Below, piece after piece: positions 26,101-41,100 of a stretch of DNA of 64,000 nucleotides (within the stretch, counting starts at the first letter, position 1; each line of letters opens with the position of its first letter). Location of the stretch: the NCBI GenBank assembly GCA_046563655.1, contig CM102287.1, positions 7,688,001-7,752,000 of the forward strand. Direction: 5' to 3'. This DNA is from Yuukianura sp. NJ FZ-2021. Taxonomy: Eukaryota. The position numbers and the translations under genes were made by a program. Below the pieces are notes generated by a model. It was not told the DNA's origin and made no database searches. It saw nothing but the letters and a program-made list of their open reading frames with translations.

Positions 26101-29100
26101 ATCGTTCCAATTCAAACGGATTGATAATTATATCGGTGTTTTACGGACGTTATACAGAAAAAACGTAAAAGAAAGGTAAAAAGTGGGGAAACACTGCTAC
26201 AGTTCTGCCTTCTGCATGTCACCGCGACCTTGTCAAGTTTGGGTTAAAAGAATTTTGAGAGTTTAAAAACAGAACAAAAGAAAGGTCTTGGCGGGTCTTA
26301 CCAAAGAATTTTTTAACGCAGAGCATCAATTTGAGCGCGCGACAGTTTTTATCTTGCGTTTTGGCCTGAAATTTCACCCGCGCCTTTGGAATAAGCGAGC
26401 AGCGCATTGCAATTTTTCTATTAAAAAAGCTTTAGAATTGAGACAATTTTAGACAAACATTCGGTAATTCGGTACAACTCGGTAATTGCAATTAGTTGTA
26501 ATTATAGTTAAGTGTAAATCGTAGTTAGTTGTAACTATCATTTGTGAACATTGCTTCATGTACTAACCTTTGAGTCAATTCCAATAAGTTGGTTGCACTC
26601 ATCGCAAGTATTGGCAAAGACTGATTCGTAGCAGCGAATGCAGTAGGGATGATCGTCTCGCAGAACATAGCGTTGACCTGTCAGCGACTCGTCGCACTGC
26701 CAGCAGCAGAAGTGGGTGGAGTGCCAGTCCTTGTTCATGGCTTTCGTATACTCTCCGCTAAAAATCAACTGAAATTTCAAGAAAAGAAATGAAAATTATA
26801 ATTTCAAATTTTCCAATTTTATTTCAAATTTTTTTCAAACCCGTTCCTTTCTGTGCCTCCCCTTCTCTCAAGAATTCGTTAGTGAAGTTTTTAGCAACTA
26901 AATAGACTCTTAACCAGCGAAGCGATTGAAAGCGTTGCGCTTCATCGCTTTGACTTGTGTCAACTTGACACAGCAAATGACCCTTAAAAAATTCATAACT
27001 TCAAGGAACGGACATTTTCTAAGCAAATCCATTCTGAAAAACTGTTCGCGTAAAGAAAGTTCAAAGGATGCCCAAAATGAACAAATTCAAAAATATTTGG
27101 CAACTTTTTATTGTTCAAAAAATGTTGGTCACAAGTACAAAGCTCGATTTAAGAGCGGAAGTTTCGCTAGCGGTGGAAGTGAAAGAGCTGTTATGAATTG
27201 AATTTGGAAAAGGACAAACGTCATCCTGTTTGAATTTCATTTTGAAAAAGTTTGAAACTCATTTGACCTTTTAGAATTCGTTTCAAGTCTCATTTCCTTT
27301 GTAACTAAAAGTTTCCCATCCGCATCATCTTTCCAATTTGATTACTCCGACCAACTTCTACTTTGTTTCTCTCAGTCAGTCTTTTGTAGCAGCGAAAATA
27401 TGTTCTCCGCAAATTGTACAAAATCTAAAGCATGACGGCTGATACCATACCCCGTGAAATCTTATTTTCTCTTTCTCTCTTGTCCCAAATTCACATTTGT
27501 TGGGTAATTTCATCTTCCGGTGCCTAAACTCCTATAAATAAACTTCAGACAGCACATTTCGACTTGGCAAAATGCTAAGACATTCTCCACGGGAGAAAGT
27601 AAACGCAAAGTAGCACAAAGTACTAAAGTACACAAAGTGTACTAAAAATTTCAGTTTTGTCTAAAAAGTCTAAAAATATTTTAGAATGTACTAATTGAGT
27701 TGAGCAGCCAAACGCCAAATGACAAATGATTCTTTCTATACCAAATTGTATTGTCTTTCCATCGCAGGTTTAAAAAATTTCTTCGGCTTTGGTTTTTCCA
27801 AACTGAAGAGTGAAAGATTCTTTCTACTCGTCGTACTTCTACAGTGTGTTCCGAAATTTTCGTTTTTGAAAAACATTTTAGAATTATTGGAATTTTGAAA
27901 AACCTAAGCATTAAAAGACATCAATTAGGCTTAAATGCTACAACCCCCGCCACAGCCGAACCAAAATCCGCTAAATGTCAAGGCTCTTTAGAAAGCTTCT
28001 GTTTCTCTTCCCGTTTCGTTAATTTCCATATGGTTTTTGTATCGTCAATCACGAAATTCAGGAAATGTGTGGGAAAGTGTGCAAACAATGGTGGGAGATA
28101 GTTTTTATCGTTCCCGGGGGAGAAAGCGAAACAACGGCGGAGCTTTCAACCCCTAATTGTCTGCCTCTGATGAAGTGAAGCCTTGACCCAATGCTCTAGA
28201 CCTATAAAAGCACAGTACACCGCCGTTCCCACCGCGGTGGAGAAAGCGATGAAAGTGAAGATGAATCCAATTATTACCTTATCATTAGTCTCCTCTCCCC
28301 TGGCGAACCAAAACGCTTCAACCACCGTCATCAAAACTTAACAAATTTCAATCCATCATAACTTTCTTAATGTCATTCAACTTCTAAATGGTCCCACCGG
28401 AGTGAAAATGGCCCCACGGGAGGCATTTCCCGTTATTTGTGGCCAAGTAAGTAATGCCCCGTTGGGGTCAACTTCATTTCGGGTCAAATCAAGTCCTGTC
28501 TGGGTCATTGTCATACCTTTGATAACCAAAAAAGTATTGGACTCACCAGGAACTTTACGGTACTGATTCGTTTGAAAACAAAAAAAAACGCTAATTTTCT
28601 ACTTTCTACGTTGAAATTAATCGCACTTTGAAGAAACTGAAAGTGACAAAACGTTATTTTGAAAAACTCGGTATCTTAAACGAATTTTCGCTTTCCATTT
28701 TTTCGTTGTTTTTTTTTTGAAAATTTGAAGATTAAAAACTTGACAAAATTGACAGAAACGAACATTTCAGAATCTCAACTTTTACGAACAAGAAAGTGAG
28801 TCAGGCAATTTGTAAGTTTTTTTTCGACTGGCGTTGAATCGGCCCAAAAAAATTTCAAAATTTTGGTTCTGTACGTTGCTGGTTCGCCATCGGGGAGTTC
28901 GTTTTCCTTGCCGCCGGAACCTCCAAATTCAACCGTCTCCGTGACCTCTTCGACCTCAACTTGACCTCCGCCTTTGGTCGAAGAAGTCGTCGTCTTGGTC
29001 TTCCTGGTCTTCTTGACCTTCTTCTCCGTAGACACTTGCATTTGGACGTCGACGTCACCCATGATGACCACTACCTCTTCGGGCACTCAAACTTAGCAAC

Positions 29101-32100
29101 TCAAGTTAGTGTCAGACTAACTTCCTTCCGGTCAGAACCTGAGTATCTGACTCCCGTTGCAGACCAACTCCGACTGAGACAGAGGCGGGTAGCTTACTTT
29201 AGGGTGAAGGAAAGCAGCAGAGAGAGCCAGGAATAGATACTGTTACGTCGACAGCAGCCGTACCACACGCTTTGCAAAAACCGATATCTTCAACTTCTAC
29301 CCGGCCGGCAGCCAACAACACTTAAATTTTTAAAATGTGAATTCTAGACATTTTGAACACCCAAATTTTGGTTACAACGTACAGAGAATAGGAGATTTGA
29401 GATTTCGAGGACTGTTTTTGGCACTGTTCGATTCAAGCAAACATGACGCCTCTTCTTGTCACTTCCGTTTTCAAACCAACAGTACTTTTCCTACCCGGAT
29501 TCTATCAGATCCCACTCATTCCCGAATAATTGATTATGTTAGTCTAACCCAAAGCTATAAATTATTCCACTAATCAAATTCCTCAATAACTTTGAACAAA
29601 ACTTATTTTAGAAACCAATTTCTTAAAAAAAAACAGTTTCCTCATCAGATTTTCAAAAAATTGGAAATTCTGTAACGGAAATTCGATTTGACCCAGATCA
29701 AAATAGGAAAAAAAAACTTCGAAAGGTCAAGATTTCTATTGAAAGGCAAAAATAGACCACGAAATTTCCGGTTTGCTACATGCCATTACTTCATTGACTT
29801 CATCACACTCTATGGATTTCATGGAATTGATGCATTTTCCTAACCTACTTTCCTCACCTTCACCAAAAAAGCTTCCTTTTTTGCAAATTGAAAAAAAAAA
29901 ACAAACAGAAAAACAGGAAATTAGGCTGTTTACTTTCTCTCCTGCTGGAGGCACATGCTGATCTGATCTCCTTAGTCCTTGAAATAAACCTAAATTAACC
30001 TAACCTAATCTTCAAGTTATCCTAACCTTATCAACCCATTTTCCAAATTAACCTAACGACATTCCTTGAGTTTCTTAATGAGAATGAGAACCTGATGAGC
30101 CTTGGCTTCACACCAAAAAACAACTTAAAACACAATGGCAGTCATTATTCTCTGTTTGGCTAAACCTTAATCTCAATTAGTCAGAAAACTTCCATCAGCA
30201 GAACAGACTAAGCAGAACGTTGCGTAGTAGAGGAGTCCAGGGAATAAGATCCGAAATGTCAAGATTTGCAATTTCTTGACATATCCCTTTACCCTCCACA
30301 GTGGCAGTGCTCGGTCTAAACTAAAGTAAGCGCTAGTGAAAGTTTGGCAACCGGAAATGTCAACTTCCACAGAAGAAGTGGCGGAAGCACCCTCTCCCCA
30401 CTCAAACGGAGGAAAACGGGGGGCGGGAGTCAGATTTTGGTTCGAGGCGACCTGAAAAGTTGTGTGTTTGAGCAGCGCAAATAAAAGTGATGACGCTGGA
30501 GTTGGTGAGGTAAGGACTTCTTTTGTTTTTGGATGATTTGCTCCCAGAAATCAAGTTTTTTTTACAACATTTCGAACTTGGGGAAAACATGTTAAGGTGA
30601 GAAGTAGTAAAAACTTAGCCTAAAACTTGAACCTGGAAGCATAGCCTAACTTTCACTACTAATACTTTTAGTTTCGTAGCTTAACAAACAACTTTTTCAA
30701 AAGGTGTAGGATTCATTTCCGTGCTTTCGAACCGTAAAGTCCAATTAGAATCTGAATCCAACCAGGAGAAAACAAATCATTTACACAGTTGCTCATTTGG
30801 GGTAGAAATCCTTGTGAAAGTACTAATTCCACGAGCAAAACAATGCTAAACCCTAACTTTCCCTAATTATTTTTTCCTATGTTGTTCCTTTCACTTCCTA
30901 CTCGTAAAACAAGCTTTTCAGTTCAGAACATTAATTTTCTACCGTGCTTCACGAATTCATACCCGTGACCTTTACAAAAAGAGGATCAAGTTGCAGAAAT
31001 TACCTTTAGAAAATTTTCGTTCAAAATTTTGTAATTAGATTTTCTAATTTGCTTTTGTTTAATTTTATGTAACTTTATAAATGCACTAACTTTAACATTA
31101 TCATAACTTCAGTTCATTTTGTTGGGAAGCTGGCAATGGAAGATCAAAGAACTCTTTGCAAACATTTGTGAAAAGTTTGCGCAGTGAGTTAACGAATTGT
31201 GTTTTAAAAAGTTAATTTTTTTTTTCAGCTTGACGATAAGTATGAATTTGCATCGTTGCCTCTTAATAGTAGTACATGAAATTTCAATTCCAGTTAAGAC
31301 AATTCAACTTCGTTTGTTTAAAATTTACCATTGGGAATTGCTCTTAAATTTCAAACGGAACTTTGATTTGAAAAATAAAAAATGAGTTTAGGTTAGTTTT
31401 GTATATTCCCGTTGTACATGTACTATATAAATGCGAAACCAAAATTCAAATCGGATCAAGAATTTTTAAATTGAGCAAAAATACTACGAACATCTGAAAC
31501 GTCGTAACTCATTTTTCTCAAGAGGGATGAAGGAATTATGAAATTCCTTTAAAAAATTTTCTTATTGTTAGTGACGACATTTTTACGATCACATAAGAAT
31601 TTAGTATCTAGTTAAACGTGATTTTGAACCGAGAAGATCAGGGAATTAGCGAAAAGTAAAGCAAGGAAAAGGAGGTCAGACGGGAGTGGTAAACTTTTTT
31701 CTTGCAAAAAGAACATAAGCGAAACTGATTTGGACCGTGTGCAGAAGAATCGCGTGCAAAAATCAGTTATTTTTAAACTCCGTAACCGAGAAATGCCCGT
31801 TTTCTGCGAGTCCTTAAGACTTCGTCTTCACCCACATCTAAAATAACTTCCGCGTCTCATCCTCACTTCCTTCACACCCTCCCAAAAATTCACATTCCAA
31901 GTCCACACTGGACGACTTTATTTTTAAATCAAACACAAAATGTTCTCCAAAAAACTTCTTTTTTTGAAAAAGAAGTGCTTTGCCCATAGCCACTTAACAT
32001 TTCATTCAAAAAATTTACGTCATCGTCTCTCACACTTTCCCAATTCCAATTTCCTTTAACGCCTCCACCGCCCCTGCATCTCCATCATTACAACACGAAA

Positions 32101-35100
32101 ATCTGTCTAGAAAAACACCGTAAACAATCGTGTTTCAAAATTTCAAAAACGCCAATTGACAAAATTTTGAAATTTAGTTCCGATCGTAAATTCTTTTACA
32201 GTTTGTAGTCTCCTCTCAAAAATCCTAAAGTTTGTCAATTTCTAGACAACTTCTTGAATTCGACACAATTTTCAAAATCTTTATAAAGTTCGGCTTATGA
32301 AAGATGTTGGCAGCACGTAATAAATTTTAGATCGATGGTTTCCATTCACTTTTTATATCGTTGACGTCAGGCTAATACTTTACGAGGAAGAAATTTTTCA
32401 AGAGAGACTTTTCAAAAAGTCCGAAATAGCTCTATATATCAAAATATCAAAAATTTCAACTTTAAATGTCATCGCTTCATTTTTAGAAGAGCCTTTCTCC
32501 ATAAGCTCTCCATATGTTTCGTAGTCGGTGAAATTTCAATCGCTGTTGGTTTCATTCAGTATGTTAGAATGAATTGAGTTAAGGCTCCAAAGTGCTACTC
32601 CCTGTGTCCATGTTCTAAAAATTGACAAGTTCCAAAAAGCAGACGATGAGCAGTGTCCCAAGGGCCCCCCTTTACTTTCACTTTGACATTGACAAAAGTC
32701 CTGGGAAATGGAACAGGGCTTAAAAGGGAAAATAATATGGCAGCATTCGGGCATTTTGAGTCTTTCTTTTTTCATATTCCTAGAAATGGAACAATTCCGC
32801 AGCAGAAGCCGACATTTGCCATTTTCCCGGAAAAAGCTTTAGGGCCCTTCTGCCATTCAAAATTCAAATCTCACCAGTCAACATTTTCTAAAATTGATTG
32901 ATCTTGAAGCTACTTCCTTTGTAAATACAAAGCTCAGACGCAACGAAAAGTCAGAAGCTGAAGACTCCATTATTCTAATCCCTCCCAATCCCAATGCTTT
33001 CTTCCAGTTTCTGAATTATGAATTTACAATTCCTGTCTACGCCTTTTGTTTATTCCAAAATGGCTAAAACAACCAAAGCCAAACCTAACCTTAGCCTAAA
33101 AACTAAAGGCTTAGAGGATTCAAAATCGCCTCATAAATTACCGACTTGACAAATTGCATTTGAGGAGGGCCGCTACTTTTAGGCTATAACTTGCAGTTAG
33201 GATTTTAGGTTAGGCTATGTGTTCTAGTCGAGGTTGTTAGGTTAAGCTATAGGTTATAGTTAGGTTGTTAGGTTATGGTTAGGCTGTTAGATGAAGCTTT
33301 TTAGACACTGGGCGACTAATGCTGCTTAATGTAAGCAATCCTCCTAAGTGGGACGTGAGAGCTTTTCCGTTTTCTTGATCCTTATGCTGATGAATTGTTT
33401 ACACTTTCACTTTCCAGCCACAAGCTCCAAACGACCAAGGTCAACAGGTAAAATTTGTGTGCCAAGATTGTGTAAAGTGAGCGTCAGTAGTGGCGATTAG
33501 GTTACGAGCCTAGCCTAACTCCTGAACTAACGTTATAGGACGTAACTCGTAATAAAATTGTCAAAAAGTGTAACTTTAGCTGAGGCGGGAGTATGAAAAA
33601 CTAATGTGCATATAAGCTAGGTTTACAGAAAATCGTGTTAGCTTTTAAATTACTACGTTTAATTAACAGTAGTAAACTTTTCCTGGAAATTTCAAATTTT
33701 GAGAGCTTGCAAGTTCATGATTTCATGAAATCTAAAACTGCAAAATGGAAATCCGACCCGCCCTTTGCCAACACATGAAACAGTATCACGAGAGCTAGAC
33801 TCGGGTAATGAAACAGTTCAATGGGCATGTAACAAGCATAAATTTTGTAACTGAAAACTCATTTCCAAATGTCATTTCAATTAACCTTCCGGGAATATTC
33901 TGTGTGTTGAAAATGCTCACGTGAAGTAATGAGAATTCAGCGATTTGGAAAAAGTCATTTTCCAGAGTAACTTTCTCTGTCCCACTCAAATTGCTTAACA
34001 ATTATCAAAAACTTTCCGCAAAACTTTCTCCCCGTACAACTACAAAGGGCAAGCATATCATGTTTGCAAAAAAACAAAAAGATTCCAAAAATTTTAATGA
34101 TTTAGGGCGTATCGTAAGATTTAAGTTGACATTTTGGAAAATGACACAGGAAATGCCAGTTTCAGGAACTTTTTTGATTGTGGTTCAGATTATTTCTTTG
34201 GAATTAAAAAAAAGGAGGGCAGAACCAGATGGTGTAATCAATTGCAAAAATAAAATAAGAGCCAGAACGAACATTTTTTAAATCCCGGTACAGAAGATGC
34301 GAATTCTCGAGATTTAGCAGAGCAAGAAGATGCAAATCTAAAAATAGCCTTAAAAGGGAGCCCTCTCCAATTACAGTGAGGTCCCATCAAGGGAAAAAGA
34401 ATGGGGAGGAGGATGGGCGTCAGTGGAAGCAACATCCGAAAGTATTCTCGGGACCAGTATTTCGCCATTTCTCTGTTTAAATTGGCAAAGTGCCTAGGTT
34501 TGGCGGTAAGCAAAAAATTGATCTAGTACTTTATGACCAATTCATAATAACGAGTAGGCTTTAAACGAGTCAACTCCCATTTTCTAAAAAAGAAAAACGA
34601 AAAAACACAGTTTCTACTTTTAGCTTATGGTTTTTAAAAAACCTTAGAAAATTCGGCTTCCTCTCCCTCAATCGGTGTTTAGAAGAAGGAGTAAAAAACC
34701 CGGGTTTTTTCTCCGCCAGATGGAGATGCGCAATTTTTTTCTAAAATGCTTAAGCTGTGCATACTTAACGCAAATTCGTAATAGTTACAGACGATTATGA
34801 TTGAAAATGCGTTTAGAAAACGTAATAGATTTTAAAAATGTCGAACATGGAGAACGAAGCGAAATCTACAAGGAACTGAATTCCTTTGTTTTGCTCCGAG
34901 TTTTTTCGCACTTTCTTTAGACCGATTTGAAAATTAAGCACCAAAAATTTTGAAGAATGGTTACCTCGTCACACGAAGCGCAGCGTGGTCGGAGCTGTTC
35001 AGCGTAATGTCGTTCACAGAAGAGAGAGTCATTGAAGGTACAGTAGGTCAAGTCCACCAGCAGTTCGTTACAGACGCTGCACACGAAGCAGTGGGGGTGG

Positions 35101-38100
35101 AAAGCCACCCCTTCACCGAATTTCGGAGCAAAGACGCCAAGGGTCCCCTGTCCAAGGGACTTGTTACAGGTACTGCAGTCCTGAAATGCACAAAAACAAA
35201 TTACGACAATTCAAAACCAGCCAACTCAAAATTCCAACACGCTTATTCCTTCTCCAATCACAACCTTTGGTGGGACTTCGTTAGAACAAAACTAAAACTT
35301 CTAGAACCACAATCAGAAATACTATGATCCGATTTTTGAAGTCTGTTTTAGAACGCTGAAATTTTGACGGACGGAGGTTTGTATTCCCTGAAGATCTATT
35401 TCAAAAATGGAACAAAAATACGCAACGAAATCTGTACTTCGCATCAATCAACAACGCAAGATTGACGGCTTAGAAAAGCGTCTCGTCTTCAGATAAACAA
35501 AAGACGCTGAAAAAGATGCAACAAACAATTTTCTCTTCGTCAATCATCTCCACATGGAACCTCCGTTCTCTTAATTAACTTCCATCAGTTCCAGTCACAA
35601 CATCACGTAAAGCAGCAAATCCAGACATCCAATCAGCGTCTAGATTGCTTTTCCAGTCTCTTCCGTGTTCTAACATCTTCAACTTTGTTCTAATTTTGAA
35701 ATGATGACAGAATTTGGAATCTTACGGTATCAGGAATGTCAACTGGAGTCACATAGGCAACGTCAAGAGCTACTTCATTTCTGGCATTTACAAAGTCCTC
35801 ATAGGCGGAATGATGCTCCTTTTCCACGTGTTTGCAGTAGGCTAAAGCCAAATCCTACAAAAACAAGATAAAAATTAAAACAACTTTTTTGGAAAACTTT
35901 TTCAATTTGCTCAATTTTGTCATACTTGTTTTGGAATTTGGTGCAGAATTTGTCTGTCTCTGTAGACTTCTCCAGGAGTGCCAGCTTTTGGAACTTTTTC
36001 CAAAGGATATTCTTCAAAGAACTCACGAACCTAATAAAAAAAGATGAAAGTAAAACGTTTGTTCAAAAAACCTTTGTACTAAAAACCTTTGTTTAAAAAA
36101 CCATTTTTTAAATTAAGTTTTTATTATGTAATATGAAATTTGTTACTGAATTTGTTACCTGTTGTGCTGAAATGTTGCTGGGGACAAATGTAAATCCGTG
36201 GGATTGGTTGGGCCGACTTTGCGTTGCGGCAAATCGACTGAACTGGTCCGTCGTGCCTCGCGACGTCGTTTCTTTACTGTTTAGCCCAAGACGATCTCGT
36301 ATACTTAGCCATTCGTCATGGGACAGGTCATGCGCATCTTTGTCACATTTGCAACTGTTGCACGTCTTCCTGAAACCAAAAAGAAACGTTTTTCAAATTT
36401 TTTGAATCAATCAATTCAGCATTTTAGACCAGGTACGAATTTTTCAAAACTTTGGATTAGGGCTGGATCATACGATGAGTTCATAATTTTCCTTAAGTGA
36501 CGTTAGAACAAAACATTTGATTAGAGTTAGGTTCACTTTAGGGGTAATTTTAGGCTAATCATAGTTTAGGCTAAGATTAGGTTAAAGTAAACACCGAAAT
36601 AGCACACGTTTAGGTTATGTTTTACCGGACGATGAGTTCATAGAGTTCCTGTTGATTGAAGACCTTGCAGTAGAGTTCAAGGACGCGGACACAGGCGTAC
36701 TTGATTCCTGGCCAAGGGACGAGGTGGGTGTCAAACCCCAAGGAAACAGGACATGGACAAGGGTGCATGGACCCTTCACGGCATTCCTAAGTGGCCAAGG
36801 CAAGGAGCCCTTCAAAGTTAGGCTATGTTAACCTAACTTAATTCGCAGGTCAAAGGTCAAAGGTCAACGACCCCTTCTCGTAAACTCAAGTTTTCTTACA
36901 GAGTGAAAGTGGTTTCACTTGACTCTTAACTGTTTATTACCGGCTCCAAAAGATTCCATCTTACCCCAGAAAGTAAAAGTAAAAGTACAAGTAAAAGCGA
37001 AGTTAAAAGTAAAAGTGGAAATGAAATCCCACAAAACAAAGGGAATTCGTCTTCTAATGGCCCTTGAAATGTTTGGGCAATTCAAGAATCAGCAGCAGGA
37101 ATTACCATGAAAGTTAAGTGGAGAGGCTTCCAGAAAACTCAAATGGACTCCAGAGGGGTTCCAGCCACCAGTTTCAGCCTTTTCAGCGTCCCGCTTTATT
37201 TTGCTTACAATGAATACAGAAAGGGAGTTGCAGAAGACAATTGAAATTGGTGTAACAATAGTAATAACAATAACCGTAAGTGATTATGAAGACGTCCATG
37301 CTCCAGCTCCCTTCCGAGCCAAGTGAATCCTCGTCAACTTTCTCCAGTCCCTGGGCCCTATGCTGCCCATATGTATCGATCTTAACCTTTTACTTTACAG
37401 AGTAAGAGAAAGTGAGAGAAGGGGGATGGCCATAACACAGAAAGTTGAAGGCATATGGACTCACAGCTCCACTTCCTTAGCTTTCACATTTAGGACAGTT
37501 TTTTCGGTTTTTGAAAAGATAGAGACTCAGGGACAACACATATTGAAATTTTATTGTTCCCCATAAATCAATCTGACCAACTTAAAATATTTTGGAACCA
37601 ACAGTTTTCCAAAGTTCAACCGACCGGAGGGAACAGGAAGGAAATCAAGCAGAAGGCGCACTGATTCAAAAGTTTTGGTGACTTACACTAGTTTCAAGCC
37701 TGTCTAAGGAACCGGAACGGAGGGTGAAAGCAAACTTTCACTTCAACACACTTTCTCAATTTCCTGTCTTACATAGTCGTTGCTCAATTAGCCAAAAAAT
37801 TTAGTCCTAGTCAGTGCCAAGTCAAATACAAATGGCTTTCAAAATTAAAACTGAAATGAATTTCAAATTCCACATTTTAAAAAAAATTGTCAAAATGCAA
37901 TTTTTTTTTAACTTTACCTAAAGTTATCTTACATCCGTTAACAAAAAGAAGTTGACAAACTCAGAATGAGCAACTCCAGTGATTAATTAAGTGATCAGAA
38001 TTAATTTTTCAAAAAGTATTTGCTGAAAGAGTTCAAGTTTCGAGATTATTTACATTAGTAGATTACAAAAAACTTCAATTTGAAAACGGCATGAATTGCA

Positions 38101-41100
38101 TAGTTTCAATTCCACTTTAATTTTTTTCTGCACTTAAAAAGTCAATTTAAAAATTAATATTCCGGTTGGACGAGGTTGGACATGAAAATCTGCCTCAAAA
38201 TTTTTGTCGATTTCTCGATTTTTCTCAAATTTTGAAAATAAAATGCCATGCGTGGCCGGTTAAATAATTCAAATCTCCTGTTGTCTACTGCTTCTGCTGG
38301 AGATTTGAGACTTTAACAAGGCGTTAATTTAACAAAGTCTAAATTGGTTTGAATTAAAATGACAAAGAATTTAGGCAGTTATCAACTAGACAGTAGTTTT
38401 TAGAGCACAAGAAAGAGATGATAAGCGCTGAAATTCAATTTTTTTTCGGAATCTTCGGAAATCCCAGCAGTAGTTTCAAAATTTCTTTCTGAATTGTTTT
38501 TGTTCTCCTGGATTTCCATACTTTCACTTTACTTTCTCCGCTTGGCGTCCCTCTGTTATGCAAACGACTCGTAGAGTCAACGCTGTTAGGATAAAAACGA
38601 CTAGAAAATAATTAAAACTTTTACGCTTCCTTCCAGCTCCAGCCGAAATCTAAAGCATTTTAGATTTACCGATTTAAAACTTTTTCAGAAAAAAAAAGCG
38701 CCTCACAGAGTTTCATTTCTTTTTCACTTTGTTCAAACAAATTCCGGAAAAGACAAAAAAGTTCCAAGAAATAAGACTTTGGGAAACCAAATCCTCCCAA
38801 TCCATCTTTCTGTTCTAATTTCCTGTTCTAGGACATAGCCGGATGTTCTAAATTTTTCAAAAAAGGAGAAAAATTTGTTGTTTTGAAAACTCACAGTTGT
38901 GTAATTGACTCGAGAGTGATTTCCATGGTTGACCAATTGACTTTTTAGAAGAACCAGAGCAGTAACCACCGCCTGACCCAAGTTAGCCAAAGTTTTTAGC
39001 TTAATTGGAAGATTGGGAAGTGTTTGGGTGGACCAAATGAAATTGACTGTGAGGATGATGATGAAAAGTAGCAGAGGCGGTTTGTGGCTTGGATCACTTT
39101 CCCATCTACTCACTTAGACAATCAGGAGAAAGTAAACAGAAGCCTTTCTAAAAATCCAAAGTCCACGAGCTAGCTCCAGGGACGCTGATACTGTCATTTC
39201 CTGGTTATCGGTAATTGTTACTGGAAGCATCACCGTACTACTTCCAGAAAGAGAAAGTAATGGGATCATTATGTACACTTTTAGGAAACAGAAACAGCTC
39301 TGTATCAGTTCCCAAAAATAATGGGCCATCAACACGCAAGGTCACGCAAGTGACCCATCCAGACTTATTCAACATTGTCAGAAAAGGAAAAAAAAAGCAA
39401 AAATCAGAACCGTCAACTTTCACTTTCAACTTTCACGACATTTGGCCTTTCCAGCATTGCAAGTTCCATTACGCTGTCCACTTTAGAGTGAAGTGTTGTT
39501 CAAAATTCAAAACTTGGCGCAACTTTGTTTGTCCAGAACAAATTTTCGCAAAAGAAAAAACAACAAAACGAAAAAAGAAAAGAAAGTTTCGGATTGTCAA
39601 CTTTCACTTCCAACTTTCAGAAAGTTTCACACTTCGATTGTCAGATTCTCCGCCATTTTCTGCCGGCTATTTTTGATCAATTCTCCTCTCTAGGATTTTA
39701 GTTTCTAAGTTCCTAAAATGTCAAAGCAAACAAAATGAGAAACAGGTCAAAGGTGAACTGTTGCGAACTTTATTTGTGCACATTCTTCTTTAGAAAGGTG
39801 ATCTGTGAACTGAGAAATTCCGAACGCCTTTGTGCCAGAGTCCAAATAAGTTAGGAATTCTCACAAATATTTGATAATAAATCAAAATAGGTTTGATCTG
39901 GATCCAGGAGAAAACGGAGTACACAGTAACATTGTTCCTAGATCTTGTTTTTCTCATTTCCTTCGCGGCAAGAAAAGGACATTGTGTGAAATTGGAATCT
40001 GATCATAGCTGGTAGAAATGAGAAATTGGAGAAAGGAATTCAGAACCGAAAGGCATAAACCTAAAGATTGGACGTTTCCAGGACTTTCGGTTTCCAGCGG
40101 AAGCGACTGCTTTTGATCTAATGGAACCCAAACACGTCTCCAGGATTCCAGATTCCTCGGATTCCAAGAAATCAAAAACAAGACACGACACTGCTCAACT
40201 CCTCATTTCAAAAGGGCTTAATTGGACTCTATTGTTTTAGAACATAGCCTCGAGGTTTCAAATTGGAACAATACAAACTACCACAACTGTCATTGTTATG
40301 TTAGGCTAGATTCTGCTGATTAAGTTTCAGAATTCGGGTTTTGAGTTGAAACAATGTCGGAAAGAAGCGTTGAAGCAGGAAAGATGAAGCTATCTTGAAA
40401 AGTTATGTTTTAGCAACAGGGATTGTGGCGTTTTAAGCACGTCCTGGTTAGGCTGTGAGTGTCAAGGGTGATAAAAGTGACCAAATCTTTTTAAACTTTG
40501 CCGGGAAGATTGTGCAGGAGTAAAGTTTGGGTTCAAAAGAGAGAGATAAAAAGTGTGGTGAAAGTGGAAAGTGGAAGTTGTGAAGGGAAAAGTCACGTCT
40601 ATTAAAACTTTTGCAATTTTGAGGAAAATCATATTTTGAACTCCATTTTTTCCTGGTTTTGGTCCTTATACAGTGGCGGCCAAAATTATTGGGACACCCA
40701 GTGTAAAAATTTTTAAACAACGATAACTTTTTAACGAAGTGTCATAATTAATAACTCGATACGTCATTTTATTCAGAAAATAGTTCTTTCCAATCTCCCA
40801 AGTTTTTAGAACTTGAAGTCAAGCGGTTTATTTTATGGAATTTTTTAAACTCAAAACGTCAAAATTCTCGCGGACAAAATTATTGGGACAGCTGGGGTTT
40901 TGGAGCGAAATCAACAGTTATTGGCATTAGTTTTCCATCGGTAAGTCACCTAACTTAATTTTTAGTACTTACTAACACTTGTAGTTAATTGTTGATTAGT
41001 TTTTCAGAGATGGTTGGCAATATCAAGGAAGTTCCAGGACCGATACGCGACCTAATCATTCAAGGTTGGGTTGGTGACGAAAATGGTACAAAATCAGTTC

